From NCBI GenBank assembly GCA_020891255.1, contig BQFW01000010.1, forward strand, positions 868,001-932,000: a stretch of DNA of 64,000 nucleotides, in the 5' to 3' direction. The translations under genes were made by a program, and so were the position numbers. The first letter of the stretch is position 1, and every line of letters starts with the position of its first letter. Positions 11,868-23,725 of the stretch are shown piece after piece. The notes below the pieces were generated by a model, which was not told where the DNA came from, searched no databases, and was given only the letters and a program-made list of their open reading frames with translations. Source of the DNA: Entomortierella parvispora E1425. Taxonomy: Eukaryota > Fungi > Mortierellomycota.

Positions 11868-14800
11868 ATGGGAATCCGCGGCCTTCCCAAGGCGATGCGA
11901 GATAGTGGGGCAATAGCTGGGCAACCCTTGAAGGAGTCATCAAAGCCCGTCCACGTGGATTTCTTGGCCTATTGTTTTCGTCTTGTGCAAACAATAGCGT
12001 TTGGGGTTCTCCAAAATGGCTTGAAGAAAGCCGGGTCAATCTCTGCAAACTCTGCCCCCGCTCCGGAGTTGAAGTTTGAAACCGATATGACCACAGCAAG
12101 CTCGCGGAAAAGAAAAAATGTGGCTGAGCACAGCCCTGCCTCCATTCGCAGCGCACCCCCCGATGATCCTGTTCCTTTTGGTCCCAAGCAGACACTGACT
12201 GAATTACTTGAGGATGTCATCGCCAGCGGTGATCATAAGAACATTTTCATCCACCCTGATGGTCTCTCCGACGTGGAAATCAAAAAAGATCAGCAGGTAA
12301 GACATGGTCATAGTTGTTCGTCACTGTACCTGAGGCTGCTTTCTTGTCCTTAATTGTGATTGCTTGCATTTAACTATGTAGAACTTTCGATCCATTGGAT
12401 ATATATTGGATGACGTTCTCTCCAGCTCATTCAACAAAAATCCCACAGTACTTCACGTTGATGGTAAGGCATCAGAACAAAAGAGACAGGAACATCGACG
12501 CAGGAATGAGTACCTTCGAAAGGCTCTAGGTGGTCTTCAACAACCCTGGATCTAAGCCAAACAAACAACTCTTCCGAGCCTGCAGAAACCTCTATCGCCT
12601 TCCACGAGAGAATCTCCACCACAATGTCATATCGGTTCTTGAAGAGCTTGGATGGTCGATTGATTACTGTCAACATCAAGCTGACACCTGTCTAGCTGCC
12701 GTATGCCAAAGCAGTGCTCCTGGCTCTATCACTATCGTCACGTCGGACAGTGACCTCATGGTCTACGAAGGTGTCCAGAGCGTAGTGATGCCGGTTGAAA
12801 GGAAAAGGGAACTTCTGACATTTGACAAAAAGAAATTGATGGACCACCTGGATCTCCCGACTGAGCAGCACTTACTGCTGGCATGTATCGTCACTACCAA
12901 CGACTACGTCAAAAATATCCCATACTTTGGGCTATTAACCAATTGCGATATCGTCCGTGGCATGGACCTTTCAGCTCTGGGACCACTGGGAGAAATGGCC
13001 AACAATGCAGAGAGAGCTGAGGCGATCATGCCCTTCGTACAACGTTATATTGATGAGGTAAATCGTCGACTCGTTCAGCGGAAGCTCGAGTCAAAGCGCC
13101 AGACGAAAGCTCTAGCTATTCAACAAGGTGGCATTGATGTTGAAGTGTGTCACTACCACCATTCGGTGACAGCCTTCGTTGCAAGGACCGCGACTTCAAT
13201 GGCTGAGCCACTTCTACAGGAGGACCAGAGCCCTCGTTCTCACTATGTAATCACCGCCTTCCTCCAGGAAATGTATGCACGCAAAGCCCAGCAGGAGCAT
13301 TCTCGGCGATTCAAGGCCTCTACGAACGCTTTGATACAGCATCCATCCACAGACACAGTCTCAACAACGGAGCTTTCGGCCACAGTGGCTGATTTAGACA
13401 TTGAGTCTGTGCTCTCATCAACATCCACGCAGGTTGGTCCCAAAAAGGTCTGTGCCAGTAGCCGAAAGCGGAAAAGTTCCCAGAAACGGCTGCAGAATCG
13501 GAAAGATCGATTCAAGGACAGGCTGGCAGAAAAGAAGCGAAAAAAATGGGAGGATTCACAGTAACTTTGGCTATCTACAGAGCTTTGATGTCCTCACACT
13601 TTCACTATGCATGGTTCGTCCCTTGCTCATTTATCATCATTTTCTTGTCTACATAGGTTCAGACCACGTACACACGATCAGAGACAGTATGTGGTCAGAT
13701 CCGTCAACATTCTAGACGCTCCTGGTGTTGAAGAGTCGGAGCTTTTAAAAATGACCATACCGGCTCCTCGCATTAGAAAGGCGACTGGTGACTCAAAGAA
13801 GGTCGACTCCAACAACAACGGCAACTCTGCGACCACATCGTCCAACGGTCAAAAATCGAATGCGAAGAAGAAGAGGAAGAAGCCTAGAAAACCAAAAAAG
13901 GCAAAGTCTGGTCCCGCTTCACTAAAGACCGGATTTTCGACCTCGTTTGCAACCTCAACACAGACTTTGGGTAGTGTCCAAGGGTGCCTACGACGAGCAC
14001 TTTTACCAGCCGGGGAAAGTGGGAGAATTCAACGCCTGAGCAACAATGACATCAATGCGATTGCCAATAGGATCGAGGCAGCCGTGTCCACCATCGCAGA
14101 GGCTCGCATGTACGTTTGTCGTTTACTTGTCATCCTGGTGTACGATGCGCTCTTAAAGCAACAGACTCCAGAAGCTGCCCCCGAGTTGCACGGAGAAGCC
14201 TTTGATGTACTCGACTTGTTGCTGGAAAAATCCACCGGCACTGCGATTATCAGATACTTCTTTGCACTTGTCCTGAATGGCAAAATCGACGCAAGAGGCA
14301 AGAAGATAGTCAAGGAGAAGACTCTGGCAGCCAAAAGAATGGCGGAGGCGACCTATACACGATTGAAGGATATGCTCCCGGGTCTAACAAGTGTGAACAG
14401 GAGGCAGATACCCCTCTCGAGAGTAATAGTCCATGCATCGATGGAGATGGGGGTGCAGCTCCGGAAACACTTTAAGGAAATCCCGTTCACGATAGGCGGC
14501 AGGGTAAGCTCCCATATTTTTCTGCCATTTCTCTCTTGCTCAATCTCTACCCTCACATATTTATATGCAGATTATGCATCATACTAACCAGTAGCCTCAT
14601 TCCACTTTTGATGAAAAATAGATGAAGAAATGTGGATGGAAGGAAGAAGACATTCCACAAGGGGCGACTGAGAGCGACAACAACGACGACGAGGAGGACG
14701 ACGAAGACGATGGGGAGGATGAGGTCGAGGTGGATGACGGGGACGAGGAGGGCAATGACGATGATGCCGAGTCTTGTTTTAACAAGGGCCACATTCAGCG

Positions 14801-16491
14801 GTGGTGGAGAGAGGCACGCAGACTGCCGTTGCCAATGATGCCCGTGTTCAGCCTCCGCCATCAGTTCAAGGATCCCTTTGTGACTTTCGAAGAGAGGGCA
14901 CTCCCTGCCATTCTGTGGTCAACATCGAAGTCGCGTCCTAATCCAGCTGCGGCAGCTGCGTCGAAAATTCTTTCTGCGAAGGAAGCCACGAAACTGACTG
15001 AAGAGCACTATGGCGAGTTGACCAGGACACTCTTCTATGGGGATCCGGATGAGATCAGGAAAAGCAAGCGAGTGTGGCAAACACCGTATGGTCGACGTTC
15101 AACGACCATGCATGCTTTGGCCAAAAGTTGCGGTGACGTATTTTCATCGACTGCCCTCCACACCTTCCTGGATCTAAAATTCACCCATGTTGCAAAGACC
15201 ATCGAGTGTCTGGAAAAGGGGATCCCTTGTGACAGTGCACCTCCACCTTTGCCAACTACACGTCTTCCTCAGGAACTCCGCCCATTCTGTCCTCGCTATG
15301 CCATCAGCAACATTTTTTCAACAAACGGCACAGAACTCAATATCAATTGCTACGATACAACAAAGCCTCATCGAAAACAATCGACGTTCGTGCCGATTTA
15401 CCGCATTGAGAGCAAGTTCCCGACCACAAAGTCTATCCTTGACGAATTTGGCGTTTCTTCCATAGATGAGATCGAGGCTTGGGGTGTTGATCCGGGCGAG
15501 GTGAACACAGCTGCTTTTTGTCGGGTCGTAAGGGAGGAATCAACAACATCAGACACCGCCTCATCCACCACAGTCTTTCGACCAGGAGTGGAAGCAAAGA
15601 ACCTGACAATCAACAGGAAGGCCCTCTATCAGCCCGTTTTTGCACATCGGGAACAAATGAATGCGCTGATCTCCAAGAGAATACTCATCTCTCAAGGTCA
15701 GCCTATTCAGGGAGCTCTTTGGGCCAAAGATGACAAGACCCTTCGTGATGACAGTGTTTGTCTGCCTAGTATTTCAGATGTTCAGGACAGACTTCCATCT
15801 CGACAACACACGAGCACAGACGACATTGAGCACTCCACAAAGACTTTTTTTCAAAGTCAAGGTTTACTCCACGGCTTTTACTCAGCGAAGCGGATCAAGC
15901 GCATGGCATGGTCGTTGAAGAAAGTCAAGAAAGCAGAGATTGACAGGGCTATTGATTCAATCTTGAAACAATGCACCAAGAAAACTCTCTTCTGTTATGG
16001 CAATGGATCATTCAGGACGGGGATTAATCTTGCGTCGCCACATGAGACATTCAAGGCGATATTCGCGCAAAAGGTAGGAGTTTTTTTTTTATTTTTTTTT
16101 TTTTTGCTTCCTATCGATTGCTTTGTCGCACTTGTGAAGAAGCTGACTTTTCTATGATTTGGATATATAGGCCACCGCAGCAGGCCATATCGTCGTGCTT
16201 ATTGATGAATACCTCACCTCTAGCCTATGTCCAAGCTGCCTGGAGATGGGAGTTTCCTCCCGACTGGCAAAGCCCACCATGCGTTCGTGTGTGTGCCTTG
16301 TGTGCGCCAGATGGCTGCACAGAGATGTCATCGGTGCACAAAATATTGCAGTAGCAGGGGAAGCGTGGCTTCATACTCAAGCCAGACCCCTTCCCCTGTG
16401 TCGTCCGATCAGCAGTACCAACCTCCCCAAAACCAATATCTGCGCCGAAAACGCAGTCACATTTATCTCAAGTAGTCAGATAGACAGCTGA
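11868..16491 (+). CDS. XPG/FEN1-like nuclease fused to Fanzor1 (TnpB-derived RNA-guided RuvC endonuclease); exons 11868-12296, 12382-13560 (frameshift near 12530-12550), 13657-14503, 14622-16073, 16171-16491
   Basis: FEN-type motifs: MGIRGL, VHVD, LHVDG..K..H..R, CQHQAD, TSDSD, TNDY..NIPYFG. Fanzor motifs: FSTNG (WED), WGVDPG (D 15489), YGNGSF, IDEYLTS (E 16207), CPSC/CLVC Zn finger, HRDVIGAQNI (D 16324). All four GT-AG introns splice in frame. Confidence 0.88.
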
Positions 16492-17699
16492 AGAGATAGA
16501 CTACTAACATACATACCAATCATGATGAACTATTAGCCTGCCTCCTTCCTCCCTAACTTTTTTCTCGCTGGAAAGTAGAAAAAAGCAGAGTGGGCAGATA
16601 GTATTTAGTGCAGAGATGTAGAGAGCAAGAGAATGTGTGTGTCAACAGGCGTAGGATGAATAAAGGGAGAAGACAATAAAGTTGGCTGCCGCACGACATT
16701 GGCGTCAGGAAGTAGTTTATTGTATTACCCGATGCTGACATGACCATAGTGCATCCACTTACTGCCTCTCTTAGTCCCAGGAGAGTCAAGTGTAGGCGTT
16801 GCAGGCGAGGCCAGTGTAGATCATGTGGGGGGGGGGGGTATGTGCACCTTTTAGCCGCCTTTTTTTAGTTTTCGGGTGCAGGCGTGGGCGGTGTTGGTGA
16901 TGCATTTCCCTGAGCTCCTTGTCTTTTTGCTGGATCCAGTTTGTCCTCCATGGCATCGCTGATATACAACCCTGCCAATGAGAAGGCCATGCCACCTACG
17001 GACATTCGAATCCGGTTTACAAATTGATTGATATCGGTTAGTATTCATCGGAAATAATATACGGAGGCTGTCCCATGCGACGTTCACTTTGATAGATAAC
17101 ATGAAGTAGTTTTCATACCGAGTCCGATGTACATGCGCGTACGGGGCGGCAATGCCTATGGGACATGAGGTGGTTCACTAGATGTGATTAATAAACGTCC
17201 TCGAGCCTGAATCTAGAAAATCTCTAGCGTTCATTCGGTAATGTCCTGAGAATGTGTAAGCAGGTCGATCCTTGTTCTTCCAGCCTTGAGGTACCTTGTA
17301 TTGTGACCACATGGATGCCATTGTCGAATCGAGTATGAGTGATGATCAATCAGTGGTTGAACGTTTGGGCAAGTGGACGATCCCACAGCCAGTCACATTG
17401 TTGCCACCAATTTTGTGTGAATTGAGACCAAGTTCGCCTGCACAGCCTAAAATCCAGCGACCTGTTCAAGTGGCACATCTTTAAAACTGCACCGACCCTG
17501 GATCGCAGTGGAGTGCAAGGCATGCCTCGTTTTTTTATCTTGGAATCAGAAACTTATTACAGTAGCTACCATGCAACCATCCACCGCAGCGTGTTTGCAG
17601 GGCGCAAATCAGAAAACTCCAAAACAATACCATCTCGACCTAAAAACATTAGAAAGACGCAGATCGGAAAAGGGGCTCGGAGCAGGCGGTCACTGGGCT

Positions 17700-18100
17700 C
17701 AGATTGTTCAGATTGTTCAGATTGTTCGGATTGTCAGAGGGACCGATTGTTCGGATTGTTTGGACTGTTTGGATCGTCGGAAGAGACAGTCGTTTGGATT
17801 GTCAGAGGGACCGATTGTTTAGATTGTTTAGATTGTTTGGATTGTTTGGATTGTTCGGATTCAAATTGTTCAGATTGTTCAAATTGTTCAGATTGTTCAA
17901 ATTGTTCAGATTGTTCAAATTGTTCAGATTGTTCAAATTGTTCAGATTGTTCAGATTGTTCAGATTGTTCAGATTGTTCAAATTGTTCAGATTGTTCAGA
18001 TTGTTCAGATTGTTCAGATTGTTCGGATTGCCTGGATTGTGCCCGATTGTCAGAGTGACCGATTGCTCGGATTGTTTGGGCTGTTTGGATCGTCGGAAAA
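17700..18100. repeat. 9-bp minisatellite (GATTGTTCA/AATTGTTCA variants) with a 54-bp higher-order block
   Basis: Roughly 25 tandem 9-mers at about 17813-18040. The block GATTGTCAGAG.GACCGATTG.TCGGATTGTTTGG.CTGTTTGGATCGTCGGAA occurs at 17729-17782 and 18045-18098 (3 mismatches), with a partial copy at 17797. Confidence 0.95.
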
Positions 18101-20051
18101 TGGGCACTTGTCTGGATGGCCAGGAAATTGTCCAGGAAAACGGGTCAGCACGGAACAGATGCCCTGCGCGGTTAGAGCGCACAGTCTATCTAGGCGTCCT
18201 GCAATCCTCAGCAAGTGTGTGCAATGCAAGATGGCCCCGAGTCAGTGGTGCGCCCATGGTCAGCCCATGGTTTATCTCTCCAAGTGGGCCACCACAGCTT
18301 CAGGCGTGCCGTAGCCTGTCTGTTCACAACTCTTCCTGTCTCTTTCCTTCCTTCCTTCTCCAATCCTTGTCCAATTCGACATTCTGAACGCGCAAGAGCA
18401 CATTCTCCTGCAGCCTGAGTCTGCTCCTGAAATTGTAACCCAAGCTCCACAAAACATATCGCATCCACTGGCAGCGGGACTCGAAGACTACCTCCACCTG
18501 CCAATTGGTGAGCTCCCTTCAGTCCAAGCATGTATTGCTGCAAACAGGCTCGACCTCGCTGCTGTTCCTGTACGAGCATCTGTACTGACTCCTTATATAA
18601 TCTTCTGGTTCGCCAAAGGCAGTGCTTCGTTGTGGAACGGACACAGTCTTTACGCCGTGTCGGTGCTGTAGAGAAGGTCACTCAACGTTCACTTCTCATA
18701 CTGTCGTCATCTAGACTCCATCAGAGACACGCGTGATACGGTCTCTCTGCACGAACACAAGTCTTTCTGCAGTTTGCATGTTCATTTGAGAGAGTTTTAT
18801 CCTTGGATGGGCACATGATGATCCAAAGCTAACTTTCCCTCCACTCTAGATCTCGCGTATATGTTTTGCGAACGAACAGGCACCATTCTTTGGTCGCGTT
18901 TCCCGAACGAGCACCAGCTCCTAAGGACTGGATCAAAACCTTCCACGTATCGCGAGTCGATCCCATGTTAGGAATTGAGTTCTCTTTCAACTTATCTAAC
19001 TATTCTCAGGTCAAATCTGCCATATTACAAAGTTTTATCTTAATATTCGGATCTTTTTATTATTTTCACTTTCTTTCATTTACTAATCCCACTACAACGG
19101 ATTCCAAGAATAAAAACTAGGAGAAAAATACTGTAAATTGCGCGCACACCTAGAATTGGGAGCCAAGTTTCCCTCTAGTAGTCGCAAGCGTATTCTACTC
19201 TTTTGTTCATCTTTGGAATGAAAGGGATAGTAAACAGGGAGACAAGACTTTTACAAAATAAAAAAAAAGAATAGAAATAAGTTAAGATCAAAAAAAAAAA
19301 AAAAAAAAAAATTGAACAAAAACACAGCGATACTGAGGTACTGAAGTACTGATATAGGCAAAAGACAAAGAAAGACAAAGAAAGACAAATATAAAAGAGA
19401 GGCGTTCTGCTCATCAAAGAGACCAGGCGTGCGATGTGACGGATGGTGTCTGCGGCTGTTGAAGCGGGCCTTGCTCGAGGTCAAGACTCACGACTCTATC
19501 CACCTTGTCCCTTGAGCCATTTAAGACGAGGGAGGGGGGGAAAAGAGTCCTTGGCAAAAAGTGAATCAAGATACGAAGCAAGTTGAGATATAAAACTGGG
19601 GGAAAAAAAGACAGATGTAGACAGAAAACAAAAGGAATAATTGAAATATGAATGACAAAAAAGAAAAAAGAAAATAAAGAGAATATCGAAAAACAAAAAA
19701 GTGGCAAATGGATACAAACGAATAAACCAAAAGGGTGCGGGAGAACGAAGTTCGGGTGCTGACCGTGATGGATTACGTTGTAAAAACATTAAAGAGTGCC
19801 GACTGAGAGGGATGGTTGCTTCTTCCTTGATATGGGGTCGGAAACGCCTGTTGAAGGTTCCTGAATGGGGTTTGGTTTGGTTGGTCCTTTGAGGCCGTCA
19901 AGAGATGTGTCTGAGGCAGGACTTGTAAAAGAAAAGAGTTGTAAAAAATAGACGGATCCGGTGCAGTCGAGGCGTGCAGGGGACGGGTCATTACAAGAGG
20001 GGCCGACCGGGAGGGTCGGCTTGTTTAAAAGCTGGGGACTGAGGTCTCATC

Positions 20052-21185
20052 TCAGGTGGCCAGCCAGCCGTTGTCGGCGCAGGTACCCTTGACAGCAAGG
20101 TGGCGACGGAGGCCATCCTGGCGAGAGAAGGGCTTGAGGCAGGTCTGGCAAGCAAAGTTGCGTTCCCCCTTGTGGACAGAGGCCTCGTGGCGCTGGAGGT
20201 CATGCTTGCGCGAGAAGGCCTTGGCGCAGGCCTCGTCCGAGCAGATGAAGGGACGGGCCTGCTCAGGGTCGTGGGTCTTTTCGTGGGTGTGTAAGTTGAA
20301 GAGACGGGCAAACTGGCGATCGCAGTGCTTGCAGGTGAAGCGCTTCTGGGTCGAGCGCTTGTCGGCCGAGGACTCGAAGACACGGTTCTTCTTGGCAGGC
20401 GAGTCAGCAGGGCTGATGGGGGTCAAAACCTTGCGCTTCAAGCCAGATACCAAGGCAGCAGAGCGGGAAGAAACAAACTCGTCATCCTCCTCGTCAGAGC
20501 CAAAGTCGACATCAACCGACTTTGAGGGAGAGGCAGGGGCCGAGGTCATGGTCAAATCCGAGGGCAGGAGCATGTTGGGCTCGATCGTGAAGACGCTGTC
20601 GTACGAGGCAAAGTCGTAGGTAAAGTCACCTCCAAAGAGAGGGAAGGCCGAGTCGGCCAGCTTGGCGGCATCGATGCCAGACTCGAGCAGGTCGCCGAGG
20701 TAAGGGGTCTCGAGGGGGGTGTCGACAAGCGAGGGGGTGTCCATGTACGGGGTGTAGGGCGTATCAATGAGGGCCTGCTCGCCAAAGGCAGAGCAGCCGT
20801 CAAAGCCAAAGAGGTCGGTCGAGGCAGGGGCAGCGACGGGGGCCGACGCGACAAGGTCGAGCGAGGGCGTCTGGGGAGTAGAGAGCTGGTTGTTGAAGGC
20901 GCTCAGCTGGGCAGGCTGGTGCTTCATACCACCGGTCTTGTAGGCAGCATTGCCGGTGAAGAGCGGATAGTCGAACGAGGTCTCGTCGTCAAAGAGACAG
21001 AAGTCCTGATTAATAGTGTTGATGGGGGCAGGCATGGCGAAGAGGGTTTGGAAGAGAGCGGATTCGGCAGCAGCAGTGGAGTCAGAAAGTGGTTCAGAGG
21101 TAGAAGGCAGGGTGGGGTCAAAGGCAAAGGCAGAGGCAGCAGAAGATGCAGAGGTGGGGAAGTAGTTGTTGGTGTTGGTAAACAT
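20052..21185 (-). CDS. C2H2 zinc-finger transcription factor (three C-terminal fingers, Crz1-like arrangement)
   Basis: CKHC...HEKTH, RPFICSDEAC...HEASVH and FACQTC...RRHL fingers behind an acidic activation-like N-terminus. Likely ATG at 21185 (MFTNTNNY). Confidence 0.92.
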   Translation of the reverse strand: MFTNTNNYFPTSASSAASAFAFDPTLPSTSEPLSDSTAAAESALFQTLFAMPAPINTINQDFCLFDDETSFDYPLFTGNAAYKTGGMKHQPAQLSAFNNQLSTPQTPSLDLVASAPVAAPASTDLFGFDGCSAFGEQALIDTPYTPYMDTPSLVDTPLETPYLGDLLESGIDAAKLADSAFPLFGGDFTYDFASYDSVFTIEPNMLLPSDLTMTSAPASPSKSVDVDFGSDEEDDEFVSSRSAALVSGLKRKVLTPISPADSPAKKNRVFESSADKRSTQKRFTCKHCDRQFARLFNLHTHEKTHDPEQARPFICSDEACAKAFSRKHDLQRHEASVHKGERNFACQTCLKPFSRQDGLRRHLAVKGTCADNGWLAT

Positions 21186-23725
21186 GTAATCCGAGTTGGG
21201 GGAGAAGCGAGAGGATGAAGTGTGGGACTGAATGGTGTCTGCGTTGGTGGGGTGAGCTGGTGAGCTGTTTGCTGTTGTTGCTGTTGTTGCTGGTGCTGAT
21301 GAATCCAATGAGGATGGAGAAAGACGAGTGAAGAGGTTGAAAGAGAAAGGTGGAGAGAAAGAGAGAAAGAGAGAAGAGAAGAGAAGAGAAGAAGGGAAAA
21401 AGAACACTGCTGATAAAAAGGATTCGATTATTCATCCCCGTCGTCCGTGATGAGACCCACCCAGCCAAGCCAAAAACACACTCACGGCGCACACGGCACA
21501 CCACGGCACACGGCACACGGCACACTCTGACTGATTATTGACTTTTTGCGCCCTTTGAATCGAAACTTTTTTTTTTTTATTTGTCGCAATGATTTACTGC
21601 GGCAACCTTCTCTCCTATCTCCCCTCTCTCTTCCCAATCTCTCAATCTCTCGTCTCTCCTGGCCTGTCTTGTCTTCCTTTGCATCTCTGCCCAATTGCTA
21701 TTAGGGCAAAGCTGAACAAAGCAGAGCACTCAGGCATCCGTCTTTCTGGGCCCCTCCTTCTCTTCACTCCCTCATTACTCAAGACCATCTGCTCGACCCT
21801 TTCACTCGAAGAATAACCCTGGTGGCAACCCTGGGCTCGATTGGGTCGGGCGCGTGCGTATGTATGTTGTTGTTGTGGTCCTTTGTGTTTGCCACCGTTT
21901 TTTTTTTTTTTGATCAATTCGCCCCCGACTTTCTCTTCCAATCGTGACCAAATAGGGCAATTGGAGCGTTTGGAGCTTTTTTTTTTTTTTTTTTTTTTTT
22001 CCCTTTCTTCGATTCCTTCTGTTGACGTGGCTGTCTCCGTCCCCTTTCCCTTCCCTCATTCTGCAGCGTTCATTTCAAAGCCCCTCTGCTGTTGACACAC
22101 TGTGATGTCTCTTTTTTTTTTTTGACCCCTCAATCCGCCTTTGTTGTGTTGTACGTGGTCCCTGAGCAGGAAGACACGCACGACCGACTGGGACAGTGGT
22201 CTGTGTTATTTGTCGAAATGAGGTCAAACGTTGGCACCCAAGTTGGAGTATTCTGACTCTGGCCCAACCAGCCAATCAATACCGTCTTCACTTCCACACC
22301 GCCAACCATCTTTTAAAAAAAAAAATAGAATCAAACAAAAATTGCTCTTCTCGGCACCAGTTCCGTCTTCACCTCATCTCATACTCTTCCAAAGTATTGG
22401 AGGTAACCACCGACGGTAAAAAGAAAGAAAAAAATGTGCAGGACTGAGCCCAACGCGGCGACATTGGGTGTCTTCACTTTGGTTGCCCAAAGGGAGGCCA
22501 GTGGGCGCCAGAGCAATGGGAACCCAATGGAGAAACGACACAATTGTCTTTTCCTTTTGCGGAGCCAGCAGAGCGGAGAAAAAATTCGCAAACAAAAAAA
22601 CTTCAACAAACAAGCAGTCATGGACACAAAGATACAACTATGATGTCGTCGTGCATGGTCCCCCCATCAATTGTGTCGCTTCATATTGGAGGGAGTGGGG
22701 GCGCCTAGACCTTTTGTCTGACGCTTGTTGTGCCAAAAGTCCAAAAACGAGGCCTACTTTGCACTGCCCTGCTCAGATTGCGGCACTCAATGACGCTGTT
22801 CACTCGGTTTGTATGTCAAGGAATGGTACACGAGGGACAGCGTGTGAACAGCCACGTCTCCTTTTCCCTGTTTCGTATCAACAGGTCAAGTTCGGAATAA
22901 CATTCCTTCTTACTCTCAATGAAGCAGGGAACAAGGCAACAGGGTGTATTGTTCGTTGCGTCATTTGAGCTCAAGGCAATCCACACGTAAAAACACCTCC
23001 GTTCACGATGCAAACGCTTTTTTAAATAAAGTGAAAAAGTGGCTGGACCTTATTGTCTTTATTTCCATGAAGACCAACGAGTCAACCCTACTCCACGCTC
23101 TTACTTGGAAGATGCCAAAAATGGAGACACAAGTGACCGAGACAGTCACTGGTGTGCGCGCAATTGCGCTCAGATGCCACGCTGAACATGGGCTTCTATC
23201 AAGAGCGAAGGACCACCACACCAAGGGGTGTCCACGGTATCCTCTAACGGTGATGCGAAAGGGAACAAAGAAAGTGAAGTGACGCTCGGACCATCGAACC
23301 TGACGCACACCAATCTATTTCACATTCTGTGACTAAGACCAGTGCAGCACTGTTAATGCAAAAGATGCAGAGTCTTACCTCGGTAAGAGCAACCAACAGC
23401 TATGGCACCGCCAAAGAGTGGTATTGTCACCGGGCTCCGATTAAAGTCGCTGTACATCTTGCTTTTGTTTAGGCACCCCCCAGATAGCTGAGCTCCTATC
23501 CAAACATACTTCTCGTTTACCATAATCTACCTCCACGCCCAAATTTCAGAGTGAGCAACGGATGGGGGAAGGAGGCAGGGTTTGAAGCAAGGGTGAGTCC
23601 AAGGGCAGAGCTCAGAAGTGTGTAGCCCGGAAGCGACAGCGAGCAACACAAGTCTAAGGCGTGTAGACGATAATTCATTATTTTCTTGGAGGCTATATTC
23701 AGTGTTTTCCTAAACTGGCATGCAA

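Noticed and set aside
11726-16492. GACAGCTGAA at 11726 and 16483 as a TSD or terminal repeat of the Fanzor element
   Set aside because: The second copy overlaps the stop codon, leaving no room for an omegaRNA, and a 10-mer match is plausible by chance.
16553-17484. Broken minus-strand frames with a faint RecQ-like or helicase-like flavour
   Set aside because: Many stops, and no motif could be matched convincingly.
17513-18387. ORFs encoding (SDC)n, (LFR)n or (NNL)n repeats, which look metallothionein-like
   Set aside because: They are artefacts of a 9-bp stop-free minisatellite that is open in several frames on both strands, with non-protein-like flanks.
18200-18900. Cys/His-rich broken frames resembling MuDR/hAT fragments
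   Set aside because: The resemblance is too weak to assign; it is probably TE debris.
21481-21525. CACGGCA tandem repeats upstream of the C2H2 gene as autoregulatory sites
   Set aside because: They do not match a known Crz1-type motif and are indistinguishable from a simple microsatellite.
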